A stretch of DNA of 64,000 bases. It comes from Eledone cirrhosa (taxonomy: Eukaryota). The notes under the pieces were generated by a model, which worked only from the letters and a program-made list of their open reading frames with translations, searched no databases and was not told the origin of the DNA. The number at the start of each line of letters is the position of its first letter. Position 1 is the stretch's first letter. This document shows positions 63,038 to 64,000 of this stretch, piece after piece. The position numbers and the translations under genes were made by a program. The stretch is taken from positions 269,390,001 to 269,454,000 of the forward strand of contig OZ024742.1 of the NCBI GenBank assembly GCA_964016885.1. Reading direction: 5' to 3'.

Positions 63038-64000
63038 TTACCTTACTTCTCGTAGGGGAAGGACGGTTTTTCCATCCTTTTCACTGCTTGTGGCCTCCTC
63101 AGGAAGGATGTCCTTATAAATCCTCCTGGAGAGTTCTTTTCGGAAATCTCCGATGTCTTTGGGGAATTTTTGTTTTAGTGTCATGTACGTTTTCTGTGTG
63201 ATGCGAGTGATGTGTATGTGTGGAGGTCGTGTGAATTTTGGGGTTGTTGTGTAGGCTTTTTCTGTGATGCTGGTGTTGTGTTGAATGTAGTGTAATAATT
63301 GCTTGTTGTTCAAATTTAATGCTGTGTAGTGTGTATCGTTTTGGTTGTATTGTTTTGTTTGCGTTTGTTGTGGGTTTGTTTCTGTTTCGCATTTTGGTGA
63401 CTTTTGTGGTGTAGGTGATGGTGGTGTTGGTGTTAATGATGGTGATGGTGTTGGTGTTTGGGTTGCTGGGGTTGGTGATGCTGGTGTGGATGGTGGCATA
63501 TCTGTCCTAACTTTTTTGTTTCTTAATTTATTTGTTTCACTCTGTATTTTGTTTTTGGAGGGGGAAGGAAGAGAATTTTTTCTTTTTTGGTTTCTTTTTA
63601 TTTTTCCGGATATCGTTTCCCACTCCTCCTCGTCACAATCTGTCTCCAGTTGTGATAGGCCGGGGAGTGTAAAATCCTCCACAGCCGTTAGTTTTGGTTG
63701 TGGCGTGGTGGATGGTGTAGGCGCTGGTACTAGTTCTGAAGCGTTGTGTGGTGGTGTTGGTTTTGCTGGTGGTGGTTGTGGTGGTGTTGGTTTTGCTATT
63801 GTTGCTGGGGTTGTTGCTGTTATAGTTGCTTCTGTTGTTGCTGCTACAGTTGTTGCTGCCATCTCTGCTACTGGTGGTGTTGATGGTTGTGTCACTGGGG
63901 TGGGTAGGAGAGGTGGCCTCAACCTTTTAGCCTGAGGGCAGAAAGCCCTTAGGTGGGTTCCTTCACCACAAACGACACACCTAGGTCTTCTGCCCTCGAC
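63038..64000 (-). CDS. Tx1 ORF1, C-terminal part (CCHC knuckle and P/T-rich region), open to the window edge
   Basis: PRCVVCGEGTHLRAFC at ~63940-63985 continues into the 294-aa frame ending LPLREVR*. Confidence 0.8.
   Translation of the reverse strand, partial: VEGRRPRCVVCGEGTHLRAFCPQAKRLRPPLLPTPVTQPSTPPVAEMAATTVAATTEATITATTPATIAKPTPPQPPPAKPTPPHNASELVPAPTPSTTPQPKLTAVEDFTLPGLSQLETDCDEEEWETISGKIKRNQKRKNSLPSPSKNKIQSETNKLRNKKVRTDMPPSTPASPTPATQTPTPSPSLTPTPPSPTPQKSPKCETETNPQQTQTKQYNQNDTHYTALNLNNKQLLHYIQHNTSITEKAYTTTPKFTRPPHIHITRITQKTYMTLKQKFPKDIGDFRKELSRRIYKDILPEEATSSEKDGKTVLPLREVR

Larger units (their letters stand above)
59365..64000 (-). mobile_element. Tx1-type element, best-preserved ORF2; runs off the window end
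   Basis: APE frame 61957-63003, RT frame 60483-61757 (RQGCPLS, YADD) and C-terminal frame 59880-60452. ORF1 C-terminus from 63038 onward. Confidence 0.95.

Overview
Animal (eukaryotic) genomic DNA. The SINE and repeat content suggest a cephalopod such as Octopus (inference). I found no supportable host gene. The window is a dense nest of non-LTR retrotransposons built on (TAA)n microsatellites. It holds about nine copies or fragments of three R4/Dong-clade families (RT plus restriction-like endonuclease, RLE) and seven copies or fragments of Tx1/L1-type elements (ORF1; APE-RT ORF2). The two types repeatedly sit tail-to-tail on opposite strands of the same (TAA)n tract. Also present are a CRE-clade element with an N-terminal PHD finger, an RTE endonuclease remnant, Penelope-like remnants with hammerhead-like motifs, SINEs, a non-autonomous Helitron, three large inverted repeats and many microsatellites. 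All TE ORFs are disrupted or truncated. The most striking observation is in the Tx1 elements. A perfect 5' splice site (G|GTAAGT) overlaps the ORF1 stop codon in all four copies that retain that junction, and a polypyrimidine-CAG acceptor lies in the 3' UTR of all six copies that retain it. The whole of ORF2 therefore looks like a spliceosomal intron. Other leads are ORF1 swapping between Tx1 copies, an in-register Dong family C/A recombinant, and a minimal hammerhead with a U3-A8 compensatory core. Family labels A/B/C are my own working names. All alignments were done by eye.
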